In this document: in pieces, positions 28,726-39,400 of the stretch | Numbering within the stretch: the first letter of the stretch is position 1 | How the letters are laid out: every line of letters begins with the position of its first letter | Sequence record: MK524177.1 | Length of the DNA: 57,228 nt | Reading direction: 5' to 3' (one strand) | From: Escherichia phage PHB10 | Translations under genes and position numbers: made by a program | The notes under the pieces: model-generated | What the model was told of the DNA's origin: nothing | The model's input: the letters and a program-made list of their open reading frames with translations, nothing else | Database searches by the model: none

Positions 28726-29619
28726 TTAACTGAAATGTCTGAGTAAAATATCTTCAAGGATGTGAAAAACGGTCCTGATGCGTTGCGGTACAAGGGTCTG
28801 ATAGGGCCGGTAAAGATAAAGCTGCCAGGTTTCCAGTTTTAGTTCCGGTAAAACATTCACCAGCCTGCCGTCTTCGAGATATTCCCTGCAGGCCAGATTA
28901 CTCGACTGGATCACTACTTTACCGGCTAATGCAGCCTGAATCTCAGACTGGGAGTCGGTAGTAATAAATTCAAGATGTCGTGGTACAAAAGTATCGACGC
29001 CATCGAGCATATATTCGAATACTTTGCCGGTATCAGGATTCAACAGGCCACTGAAAGGATAGCGCTGGCGCAGATCGTCGAAATTTTCCGGCGCACCCAG
29101 CCGCTCAATGAGCCCGGGAGATGCCATCAGCGCGTGATGAACAAGCGTAATGGGCCTGATAATAAAGTTCGGATTTGGCTCCCGCTCAATACGGATCCCC
29201 ATGTCAATGCGGTTCTGAACAGTATCCAGCTTCATCATGTCCAGCCGCCAGTCTATAAACAGCTCAGGATAAGGACGAAGCGCATTCAGAAGCTCATAGA
29301 GTACCTGTTCGTGCCCGGGAAAGCGAAACAGGGTGATCCTCACAATCCCCTTCATCTCATTGTCATCTCTGGCCGTTTGAAACAGGGCCTCTGAATCCTC
29401 AAGCAAACGAAGGGCCCCCGGCAGGAAGAGCTCACCAAAGCTGGTCAGCACAATAGATCGGGTATTCCGCTTAAAAAGTGGCTCGCCGAGCTGATTTTCC
29501 AGTTCAGCAATAGTGCGCGTCACCACTGAAGGAGAAATGGCCAGTCTGACCGCTGCTTCACGAAAATTCATCGTTTCTGCAGCGGCAACAAAAAATTTCA
29601 GCGCATCTAGTTTATTCAT
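28726..29619 (-). CDS. LysR-family transcriptional regulator
   Basis: HTH LDALKFFVAAAETMNFREAAVRLAISPSVVTRTIAELE; divergent from the AKR operon; start probably 29619. Confidence 0.85.
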   Translation of the reverse strand: MNKLDALKFFVAAAETMNFREAAVRLAISPSVVTRTIAELENQLGEPLFKRNTRSIVLTSFGELFLPGALRLLEDSEALFQTARDDNEMKGIVRITLFRFPGHEQVLYELLNALRPYPELFIDWRLDMMKLDTVQNRIDMGIRIEREPNPNFIIRPITLVHHALMASPGLIERLGAPENFDDLRQRYPFSGLLNPDTGKVFEYMLDGVDTFVPRHLEFITTDSQSEIQAALAGKVVIQSSNLACREYLEDGRLVNVLPELKLETWQLYLYRPYQTLVPQRIRTVFHILEDILLRHFS

Positions 29620-29736
29620 GATTGTTGTTTTTTTAGCAATTCTGACTTTCAAAATTAACAATTTTTATGCAACAAATCCAGCCATATACTTAACCGCTCT
29701 AAAACATCACTGAGTTAAGAAAAGTCAGGATTCACT

Positions 29737-30702
<966 letters not shown>

Positions 30703-30717
30703 AAATAAGAGATCGAA

Positions 30718-31233
30718 ATGAAAACAACTGTATTTGTTACCCATCCCAATATTCATCTGTCCCGTGTTAACTCGGCGCTGGCAAATAGTGCAGCTTCACT
30801 GCCCGATATTAATGTACGTTATCTGTATGACATGTATCCGGATGGTAAAATCGACGTGGCCGCTGAACAGGCTGCGCTGGAAAATACCGATCGTATTGTG
30901 CTGCAGTTCCCGATGCAGTGGTACAGCACGCCGCCACTTCTCAAGCAGTGGCTTGATGATGTACTGACCTACGGCTGGTCACATGGTGGCGAAACTCAGG
31001 CGCTGCATGGCAAGCAACTCATGCTGGCAGTTTCGCTCGGTGGTGCTGAGTCTGCGTATCAGCCTGATGGAGCAGCCGGTCATACGGTTAGCGAATATCT
31101 GCTGTCCTTTGAAACAATCTCCGGGTATCTGGGTATGCATTATCTCAAGCCTTTCATTACCGGCGGAAGTGCGACGATCACCGACGGGGAAATTGCGGCA
31201 CAGGCTGAACGCTACAAAACGGTATTAGTCTGA
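30718..31233 (+). CDS. flavodoxin-like NAD(P)H-dependent oxidoreductase
   Basis: 171 aa, flavodoxin-fold-like; 15 nt downstream of the AKR gene (operon). Confidence 0.65.
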   Translation: MKTTVFVTHPNIHLSRVNSALANSAASLPDINVRYLYDMYPDGKIDVAAEQAALENTDRIVLQFPMQWYSTPPLLKQWLDDVLTYGWSHGGETQALHGKQLMLAVSLGGAESAYQPDGAAGHTVSEYLLSFETISGYLGMHYLKPFITGGSATITDGEIAAQAERYKTVLV

Positions 31234-31481
31234 TTAGCATCATGCATTCTTTCGATTATTAAAACGCTCTGATGTGCTGGTTGTCGCTGAGGATTATAAT
31301 TGTGGCAACCTGCACAACTATGGCTGCTGATGGCTGTTGTTACTGCCCTCAGCAAACACAAGATACCTGCCCCTACGCTTTGCCTTTCCGAGATAACGGG
31401 TGAAGATATCTGCTCCCCGTTGATTGACACAGAACGCTATTTGCAATGTTCGCTCCTCGCTCAAAGCGGACCAGTTCATCT

Positions 31482-32168
31482 CTATGCCCTCCCATCAGCC
31501 TTCATTCGCTCATATTTGGCTTTCAAAAGCTCCGCTGGAGTTGGCCCTTTCGATGCCACTGGCGCTGCCAGCGCCCTACGAACAGGCGGAATTGGCTTCC
31601 CGGACAGCACTCGCTTCTCCCACATACCCAGAATCTCGCCAGCCTCGCGCTCGAGCTCTTTCTGACACAACTGGCCATCGGTTCCGCGGCGACGCAGTTC
31701 GAGGCAGATGTGGTAAAAAACCGGCTTTGGCCAGGGATACTGCTCGCTGCTCGGGTACCGGAACACCAGCTTGCGCCACTTCCAGTATTCAGCCATCACG
31801 TCAGCGGTGGTGATCCCCAGCACACAGCGCCCTTCCCTGCACCACTTGATGAACTGGCCTGGCGAAGGCAGGAATGGACGCTCCTGACGACGCACCATGC
31901 GCATTCCCGCTTCAACCTGCTCCAGAGTGGTGATCCCGTTTTCTTTGAACGCCAGCACCCACTGACGGCGAATCTCGTTCACGTCTTCCTGGCTGCGGTT
32001 TACCAGGCTTGCCGGAAACGCAGCCGCCAGCTGTACGAATAGCCCGTTGATAATCTGGGCCACCTGCTGCGTTTGCTCGCGCTCGGTGTACTGCTCAGGC
32101 AGGTTATGCGCCACACGGCGAGCCTGTTCCCGGTCAAAATTGCGAATGCTCTCGGCAAGATTTTTCAT
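31482..32168 (-). CDS. replication protein P (helicase loader)
   Basis: Strong similarity to lambda P as I recall it (NFDREQ.RR.A.N.PEQY, QVAQIINGxF, RRQWVLAF.ENGITT, RPFLPSPGQF). Confidence 0.85.
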   Translation of the reverse strand: MKNLAESIRNFDREQARRVAHNLPEQYTEREQTQQVAQIINGLFVQLAAAFPASLVNRSQEDVNEIRRQWVLAFKENGITTLEQVEAGMRMVRRQERPFLPSPGQFIKWCREGRCVLGITTADVMAEYWKWRKLVFRYPSSEQYPWPKPVFYHICLELRRRGTDGQLCQKELEREAGEILGMWEKRVLSGKPIPPVRRALAAPVASKGPTPAELLKAKYERMKADGRA

Positions 32169-33115
32169 TCCAGCACCCCGTCAATCCAGTCGGTGTTATG
32201 CAGGTCAATACCGCCCCGTGATGGCTTTACCGTTCCGGTAGCGCGTAGCCGTTTGGTAGTGAGCTGATCCCACTGCTTGCGCAGACTCGAGGGGCTCAGG
32301 ATGTTGTCTTTCCAAAACTCGTCCCGGTTGGCCCACTGGAACAGGTCACAGATTTCGTAGTGAGTACGCTTGTCCTGGACGCGCATCAGCCTGATGGTGT
32401 TTGCCCATTCAGCCCAGTTGGGCTCGGATAGCGATGCGTTGACGGTGAGAAGCCTGTCGTAAATCCAGCGGGCGGCCTTGAGGTCGTCAGCGGATCCCCA
32501 TGATTTACCTGCCGGGGTGTATATCCCGTCGGCAGCTTCAGGATGGCGAGAGAGAAACTTTTGAGTTTTCTGGTTTCGGGATTCGTCAGAATTCCGAGAC
32601 GAGGATCTTTTAATATTGTTCTTGTTATAGTCTTGGGTGTCTACCGTTTCCGGGAAGGTTTTTCCCGTTTTCGGCAACACTTTTCCCGATTTCGGGAAGA
32701 CTTTTCCCGTTTTCGGTTTGTCTAAAATCCAGGCGGAAAGGTCAGTATTTATACCGACCGTTTTCATCACCCCCTGCTTCTGACTGAAGATAATTTTGCG
32801 TTCAGCGAGTGATTTGAGCGCATCCGAAACGTGGGAATCACTCAGCCCTGTAAGCTCGGCGATCACCGTGTTCGTAACGCGGTCCTGCTTCTTGTTCCAG
32901 CCGTAGGTAAGCCAGATCACCGCCTCAAAACACTGCCACTCCCGGCCTGACATTCTCAGACGAGGCTTAAGCTGTTGGATCTCGTTAGCGACCTTGGTAT
33001 ACCCGTTCGACAGGTCGGCCATACGACCTCCCGGTTGTTCGGTTCTTTGGGGGAAATTGATAATTTCAGCTGTGTTTGACATACTTAGCTCCGCAATTAC
33101 ACTCCGTTTTTGCAC
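32165..33115 (-). CDS. replication initiator O-like protein
   Basis: Upstream of P with overlapping stop/start; contains the ori iterons, which encode the repeated PKTGK peptide. Confidence 0.8.
   Translation of the reverse strand: MQKRSVIAELSMSNTAEIINFPQRTEQPGGRMADLSNGYTKVANEIQQLKPRLRMSGREWQCFEAVIWLTYGWNKKQDRVTNTVIAELTGLSDSHVSDALKSLAERKIIFSQKQGVMKTVGINTDLSAWILDKPKTGKVFPKSGKVLPKTGKTFPETVDTQDYNKNNIKRSSSRNSDESRNQKTQKFLSRHPEAADGIYTPAGKSWGSADDLKAARWIYDRLLTVNASLSEPNWAEWANTIRLMRVQDKRTHYEICDLFQWANRDEFWKDNILSPSSLRKQWDQLTTKRLRATGTVKPSRGGIDLHNTDWIDGVLE
32628..32711. repeat. replication origin iterons inside the O gene
   Basis: Three 21-bp repeats TTTTCCCG(T/A)TTTCGG at 32649, 32670, 32691 plus a partial inverted copy at 32634; AT-rich stretch at 32590-32627. 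Confidence 0.7.
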
Positions 33116-33166
33116 CTGAAAGCCGTTGGTGTTCGAGCACCGCGGCTTTCGCCTTTTCTGAAGTCT

Positions 33167-33718
33167 TCACATTGCCCCCAACATGGTTGTGACCATCGCC
33201 AGCAGCGGCGCCGTAAGGTCCGGATCGATCCTGAACATTTCGAAAATCCCCTCGCCTAACTCCTTCAGTTTTTCCTTCTTCGGTGCATCGAGCATCAGAG
33301 CTTGCTTCGCCTCACTTACCTCTTTTTCCAGCCGGGCCATTCGGTAAGCAAACGAGTCGTTCTTTACGACACGGTCGCGGTATCGAAGCGGCAATACAGA
33401 CATGATCGCGGGCACCAGCTGTTCGACGTTCTTTCGGTACGATACGGAGTCTTCTTTGTTGTCGAGCCAGCGGAACAGCTTCACGTTCCAGACATCGGCC
33501 TGGCCTGAGAAATCCACGCCATCAAGTTGAAGTTCTTCCGCCGCTTCTTGGATTTGAAGCGCAACAGCTACGCGCCCTTCTGCCGCTGCCCACGCCCGGA
33601 CTGCAGAACAAATATCGCGATGATCAATATCCTGCTCTGCCGATTTGCTTTGATGACACGGGAATATCATTGGATTAGAGCAAGCTCTGCTACTCTGTTG
33701 AAATGAAACAGTTTGCAT
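33167..33718 (-). CDS. hypothetical regulatory protein in the cII position (YdaT-like?)
   Basis: 183 aa ORF between the cro-like gene and O. Confidence 0.35.
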   Translation of the reverse strand: MQTVSFQQSSRACSNPMIFPCHQSKSAEQDIDHRDICSAVRAWAAAEGRVAVALQIQEAAEELQLDGVDFSGQADVWNVKLFRWLDNKEDSVSYRKNVEQLVPAIMSVLPLRYRDRVVKNDSFAYRMARLEKEVSEAKQALMLDAPKKEKLKELGEGIFEMFRIDPDLTAPLLAMVTTMLGAM

Positions 33719-33720
33719 AG

Positions 33721-33948
33721 TTAAGGTTCCTGTTTAGGTAAACCGTCGGTGGGGTTTGGATAGAGATCGGGTCGTAACTCGTGGGGAGTTACTCCGGTCA
33801 TTTTAAAAATGGGAAAGATGTAGTTTGGAGGGACGATCCCATGGTCACGATTCTTCCAATGACTTACGGACATACTCGTAACACCTAGCGCGATGCTGAG
33901 CTTTCTGGCTGAGCCAGCAGCTTTAATTGCTTTATCGAGTGCGGACAT
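33721..33948 (-). CDS. Cro/YdaS-like HTH regulator
   Basis: 75 aa, HTH KLSIALGVTSMSVSHWK, ELRPD motif; divergent from the repressor; AGGAGAAG SD. Confidence 0.7.
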   Translation of the reverse strand: MSALDKAIKAAGSARKLSIALGVTSMSVSHWKNRDHGIVPPNYIFPIFKMTGVTPHELRPDLYPNPTDGLPKQEP

Positions 33949-33976
33949 GTGCTTCTCCTGATTATAGACAGCGCAA

Positions 33977-34042
33977 GTAAACCATAGATTTACATTATAT
34001 GCAAACCATAACTTTATTGCGTGTATAAACCAAGTATTTACA
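33977..34042. promoter_or_regulatory. operator region: three AAACCA-N4-TTTA repeats and divergent promoters
   Basis: Repeats at 33978, 34003, 34027 (24-25 bp spacing); TACAAT -10 hexamer at 34039-34044 placed for a leaderless repressor transcript. Confidence 0.45.
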
Positions 34043-34050
34043 ATGGCATT

Positions 34051-34425
34051 ATGAGAAAAGAAGAACCCAACCTCCTATTGGTGGACCGCCTAACTGAGAT
34101 CACAGATCGTGGCGTTACCAAAGCAGACATGGCACGAATAGCTGGAGTCACCCCTCAGGCCGTAAACGGCTGGTTCAAAAAAGGCGTGATCAGTAAGAAA
34201 TCGGCACTGGCTATAGCCGATGCTGTAGGCATTTCAGTCGCCTGGCTACTTGGTGAGGATGTTGGAGAGAAGGACGGCCTTAAGCCGGACGAGCAGCGCT
34301 TACTAGAACTCTACCGCCAATTGCCAGAAGAAGAGCAGCAGAACATGCTTCGTATCTTTGCGCTTCGCTTGAAGGAGTTGGATGAGCTGTATGAGAAGTA
34401 CATGAAAGGGCGCATAAAAAATTAA
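34051..34425 (+). CDS. prophage repressor (XRE-type HTH, no peptidase domain), probably leaderless
   Basis: HTH TKADMARIAGVTPQAVNGWFKKG plus coiled-coil C-terminus; no SD before ATG 34051 and a -10 hexamer 7 nt upstream. Confidence 0.65.
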   Translation: MRKEEPNLLLVDRLTEITDRGVTKADMARIAGVTPQAVNGWFKKGVISKKSALAIADAVGISVAWLLGEDVGEKDGLKPDEQRLLELYRQLPEEEQQNMLRIFALRLKELDELYEKYMKGRIKN

Positions 34426-34512
34426 TTAAGTGAATTGATGCTACGATTGTTGATGTGACGTTAATGACCCGTTTTCACTTAAGTTATCTAACCATACGTA
34501 CGTGGAAAAAAG

Positions 34513-34833
34513 ATGGACGAAGAAAATAAAGATAATGCTGAAAACCTAGGCGAAAGCGGTATCACAAGAGCGCTTTCAATTCTTGGAGAAGAATTTGGTA
34601 ATTATTTTCTAGAATTGGAATCTAAGCACGGGGAGATGGTTTGTCCTTTATGCAGAGGTACCATGTGGGGTATCCCTCCAAGATTCGACTCTGCCGAACA
34701 CCCTGCTATCGTGACTCTCCCTTTACCTAACTCTGCCGGGCGTGGTATCTGGGCTTATCCTCTCATCTGCTCTGGATGCGGTTTCATTGCAACGTTTTCT
34801 GCATTTGAAGTTTCAAAGAAGATTCGGGGATAA
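34513..34833 (+). CDS. small zinc-ribbon protein (CPLC...CSGC), first gene of repressor-linked module
   Basis: 106 aa, four Cys in two CxxC pairs, acidic N-terminus; AT-rich; 87 nt downstream of the repressor. Confidence 0.5.
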   Translation: MDEENKDNAENLGESGITRALSILGEEFGNYFLELESKHGEMVCPLCRGTMWGIPPRFDSAEHPAIVTLPLPNSAGRGIWAYPLICSGCGFIATFSAFEVSKKIRG

Positions 34834-34839
34834 ATTCTC

Positions 34840-35217
34840 ATGGCAGCCGTGTGCTTAGACTCCAACTCGATAATGAGGCTAACGGTTAGCACTTCAGAGA
34901 TTTTTGAGGCATTGCCGACAATCGAAAATCGCATCGGGGACACGCCTTACACACCCGACGAAGCTACCGTTATGATCATTACAACTAATGTGTCTCGTTC
35001 AGAAAATTGTACTGGTTTGCTGATACTATCTGTAATATTAGTATGTTTAATTGGTGTTATAGTAAATGTATTAGGAGGTAAAGTAATGCACTACATCCCC
35101 TTGTACATCGCACTTGCACCTGTATTTTATTGGGTGCTTAAAATCGCTTACGCATTTTTTGTTGTTAAGTTTCATAAACTTCAAACTAGTTCTTCATTTT
35201 TCAAGCAGGAAGACTAA
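34840..35217 (+). CDS. small membrane protein (soluble N-terminal domain plus two TM helices), second gene of module
   Basis: 125 aa; 6-nt gap after the previous gene; hydrophobic segments LLILSVILVCLIGVIVNVLGG and IPLYIALAPVFYWVLKIAYAFFVV. Confidence 0.5.
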   Translation: MAAVCLDSNSIMRLTVSTSEIFEALPTIENRIGDTPYTPDEATVMIITTNVSRSENCTGLLILSVILVCLIGVIVNVLGGKVMHYIPLYIALAPVFYWVLKIAYAFFVVKFHKLQTSSSFFKQED

Positions 35218-35639
35218 TGCCTAACGATAATCTTAAAAACACAGCTAAAAATGGTCTTCCACTAGTCATAGCAAGCGTGTTGTGTGGATACGCAACGAAC
35301 GCAATTCCTGTTCTCTTCCCTGCAGGTGAAACAAGAGAATGGGCTTATCGCTCGATTCCTTTCTTGTCTATCATTATTTTATTCATTATCAAGACCTTGA
35401 AAGATTTTGGCGGTATGTCTTTTAGTAATCTTGTGTTCACAATCTGCGCGAGTTCAGAAAAAAAACGACTTCTAGCGATGATAAATGACAGCAATCTGAG
35501 CCAAGCGACAAGAGATGATGCTAAAAAGCGGTATGACGAAATTGGCCGCCAAGAACTTGAGCTTGGATCTCGGTTTCTGAAGTATGTTTCACAATGGTCG
35601 GTTATAAATAAATCCCCAACCCCCCCACCTACTGATTAA
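35217..35639 (+). CDS. small membrane protein (two TM helices plus charged C-terminal domain), third gene of module
   Basis: 140 aa; start overlaps the previous stop (TAATG); followed by a terminator. Confidence 0.5.
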   Translation: MPNDNLKNTAKNGLPLVIASVLCGYATNAIPVLFPAGETREWAYRSIPFLSIIILFIIKTLKDFGGMSFSNLVFTICASSEKKRLLAMINDSNLSQATRDDAKKRYDEIGRQELELGSRFLKYVSQWSVINKSPTPPPTD

Positions 35640-35651
35640 CTATTGTCTACA

Positions 35652-35677
35652 ACCCGGCCATCGCGTCGGGTTTTTTA
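35652..35677 (+). terminator. intrinsic terminator ending the repressor-module operon
   Basis: 7-bp stem (35652-58/35665-71) with 6-nt loop followed by T6. Confidence 0.6.
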
Positions 35678-36112
35678 TATCCCAATCAACTCGACACTCC
35701 TCTAAACTCCAGCCCCGTACTCATTATGCCCGAGCTTAGCATCATTTTTTTGCCTGTTATACCTCACCCTTCTTATAAAAATCCCCACATAAACCCCTGC
35801 TTTACAATTTTTGTAATCCTTTGATTGACACAGTTATAAACCAGTGATTTAATCGAGCTTACCAAGACGCACTACGAACCACCAAGGCAGGACGCCCACG
35901 AAGTAGCCGCCGACGGCATACGAATAGTCGGATGAGGTGGAGAGATTAACGCGCATCAGGTGTAAATGTTCCGCTGGCCGGCGATAAGGCAAACGAGGGT
36001 GAGAATGATTGATTTCGCACGCAAACCAGGACGGCAGCAGGCTGTAAAGCTGAACTTCCTCGAAGTGATTCTTCGCCGCTTATGCTATCTGCTGGCGCAA
36101 AAGGGGAATCCA

Positions 36113-36277
36113 GATGTGTAGCTCAACGAAATGCGGGTACTGCGGCAAGCCGGTTGAACCGAAGGAAGTAGTTAAATGTACCCTTCTCTATCGCAACGGC
36201 GCCCAGCTGGCGCGCAAAGAAAAAGAATACTGCTCTGAACGTTGTGCTTCGTACGACCAGATGGCCCACGAGGCATA
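36113..36277 (+). CDS. small zinc-ribbon protein upstream of the recE-like gene (YdaE-like position), putative
   Basis: 54 aa MCSSTKCGYCGKPVEP...YCSERCASYDQMAHEA with CxxC and CxxxC; SD AGGGG; shorter than the ORF-track cutoff. Confidence 0.4.
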
Positions 36278-36418
36278 ACGTAAAAGCCGCGCAAGGCGGC
36301 CCGTACGTCCGGTGCTCCCGACCAAAGTTACACCGGAAAACTACTTAAAAAACCAAAGTTCACCCAATGGGCGCTATCTCTGGCCCGGGGATCTTACATC
36401 CAAAAAAGAGGATCTCAC

Positions 36419-39400
36419 ATGGAATTTTTCTATGTAGTGAAGGCTACGCAGAAATCTGGCAAAGAAGACGCAGTGATTTGGTTCACTGCTAAATCAGAAG
36501 CCCGTGCCAACCTGCAGCTCGATGTCGAGCTGGAAGATGCAGGTATTGAAACCGGCCGCGGTAAGGATTACTCAAAACCGGTTCGCACCGATTTCCCTGT
36601 TTACAACGATCTGCCTGAAGAAAGCACCGTGGATTACATCTGGTGCAAACGCTACGAACTGCAGGACGATGGACGCACCTGGCTGCCAAAGGCTGGTGCT
36701 GAGTCGACTGGTGACATGGACAGCTCTGCCGCACCGGAGACGACCGTTAATGTCGAAACTACCGTCGAAAGTGTCCCGCTTGAAAACCGCACTCCAGCGG
36801 TCCGTTTTGCCGTCCATCTGACCAGCGACAAATACCAGTCACACATCACTAAAGAGCAGCAGCTGGCTGCCAGCGAAATGTCACTGGATGAAGGCAACAC
36901 CTATCTCCAGAATCTGCTACTGGCGAAGAACGACACCCCTGAAGTTGCCGAACTCAGCCTGAACGCTGAGTGGAAACTGGTACAGGTGATTAAACAGGTA
37001 TTCGCGCTAGATGAAGAGCACGAAGTAAAGCTACTTGCTGCTTTCATGGCCGACTGGTTGAGAGTTGATGCCGGCGCCCGTAATGAGGTAGTGAGAGAGT
37101 GGAAGAACGGAAAGCTTACTCTGCTCAAATCAGAAAGAACCAGCGACGCCGGGGTTGAAACTGATCAGCATATCGCTATTGATGACGGTATCCAGATCGG
37201 CGAGCACGACGATGAAAACACCCGTTATCCAGTGTGCAGAATGCCCTTCCGCAAGCAACTTCTTTCACAGTTCACCGCCGACGAACTGCGCCACCACTTA
37301 ACCCGCGAAGAATACGAAGGTATCAGCGCGCTGGAAATGGACACAGACAACAGCTATGTCCAGAACCTGCTTCTGGCGGCAGAAAACTGCGAAGAGGTTA
37401 AGGGTTACGATACCAAAGACCTGTGGCGCTACACCGACGCCATTCGCAAGGTGTTCAGCCAGGAGAAGCGTCACGAACTCGCTTTGGTTCTCCGATTCAC
37501 CAGAATCTGGGCTGCGACTGATTACATTGACCGCGGCACCCTGGTGCGCGAATGGGTTGAGGGTAATCGCATTTCTGAAGTAGGTTCTCCTGCACCTTTA
37601 GAACCAGAAAAACCAGAAACAACCGAATCCTATAAACGCGCTGTTGCCCAGAACATGGCGAACTTGAGCATTGAGATCGCGATTGCTCAGCTTTACCCAG
37701 ATGCAGTACCGGGGCAAATCAACCGTACGCAACTCCTGGCCGCCAAAGAACTCGCTGACAAAAAAGATGAGTCGCACGCCAAGGCGCTCAAGGTTCTTAG
37801 TAAAACCACCGACATCCTCGACTACGACGCCAACAGTATTTTTGGAGTTACCCGCGCTATTTCATGGTCTGGAGAAGAAAGCACAACCAAACTGCGTAGC
37901 CAGGTGCGTGAGTGGTTCACGGCGAACGGCATCTATGAAAGCGGTGAGCGCTCTAAAGGATATCCAGAATGGAACGAAGACTCCCGCGAGGTTCGTCATT
38001 CCACAGTGGAAGAACCAAGTACTCCAAGCCAGACAAAGGTCGCAAGCCTTGGAAGCGGCGTGTTCTCCATCGATGGCCTGATGGATGGAAATACCGAACC
38101 GGTCATCAATACCAACTCAAATGAAGTCGAAAAAACGGAAAAAACAGCGGAGACCACCAGCGATGTGCAGATGGAAACGGCTAAGCCAGAAAAAGACGAA
38201 GATGTTGGTTCGGTACCACCGAGCGAAAGCACTGATGCAGCTAATTCGCAGACAGATTCCGTAACGTTGGAAGAACAGCAAGCAGAACCGGTAATTGAGT
38301 ACCCAGCTTATTTCGAGCCTGGCCGCTACGAAGGCCTACCGAATGACGTTTATCACGCAGCAAACGGTATTAGCTCAACCCAGGTGAAAGATGCCCGGGT
38401 CAGCCTGATGTATTTCAACGCACGCCATGTGGCTAAAACTATCCCGCGCACAGCATCCAAAGTTCTGGACATGGGGAACCTGGTGCACGCCCTTGCACTG
38501 CAACCGGAAAACCTCGATGCAGAGTTCAGCGTGGAGCCTGAGATCCCGGACGGTGCTTTCACCACAACCGCAACTCTGCGCGAGTTCATCGACGAGTACA
38601 ACGCTAGCCTGCCGGCGCTGCTAAGCGCTGACGAGATTAAAGCGTTGCTTGAAGAACATAACGCATCCCTTACAGCTCCAGTGCCGCTTGGCGCGAGCCT
38701 GGAAGAAACGGCTCAAAGCTATATGGCTCTCCCTGCTGAGTACCAGCGTATTGAAGAAGGCCAGAAGCAAACGGCAACGGCAATGAAGGCGTGCATCAAA
38801 GAGTACAACGCTACCCTGCCCGTGCCGGTTAAAACCAGCGGCAGCCGTGATGCGTTATTTGAGCAATTAGCAATCATCAATCCAGACCTGGTGGCGCAAG
38901 AAGCGCAGAAACCGACACCGCTGAAAGTGTCAGGCAGCAAAGCAGACATGATCCAGGCTGTTAAGTCGGTTAAGCCCGATGCCATATTCGCCGACGAACT
39001 GCTGGATGCCTGGCGCGACAACCCTGGCGAAAAGATTCTGGTTACCCGCCAGCAGCTGGCCACAGCGCGGGCAATTCAGTCTGCACTCCTGGCGCACCCT
39101 ACAGCTGGCATGCTGCTGACACATCCAAGCCGCGCTGTTGAAGTGAGTTACTTCGGCTTTGACGACGAAACAGGTTTAGAAGTGCGTGTACGCCCTGATC
39201 TCGAGATTGAACTGGACGGCGTGCGAATTGGCGCCGACCTGAAAACCATCAGTATGTGGAATGTGAAGCAAGAAAGCCTTCGCGCCAGGCTGCACAGGGA
39301 AATCATAGACCGTGACTATCACCTCAGCGCGGCTATGTATTGCGAGACCGCGGCGCTGGACCAGTTCTTCTGGATTTTCGTCAACAAAGACGAGAACTAC

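Noticed and set aside
35680-36004. N-like antiterminator gene in the early-left leader
   Set aside because: No ORF with an Arg-rich N-terminal motif or suitable size found; absence noted but not proven.
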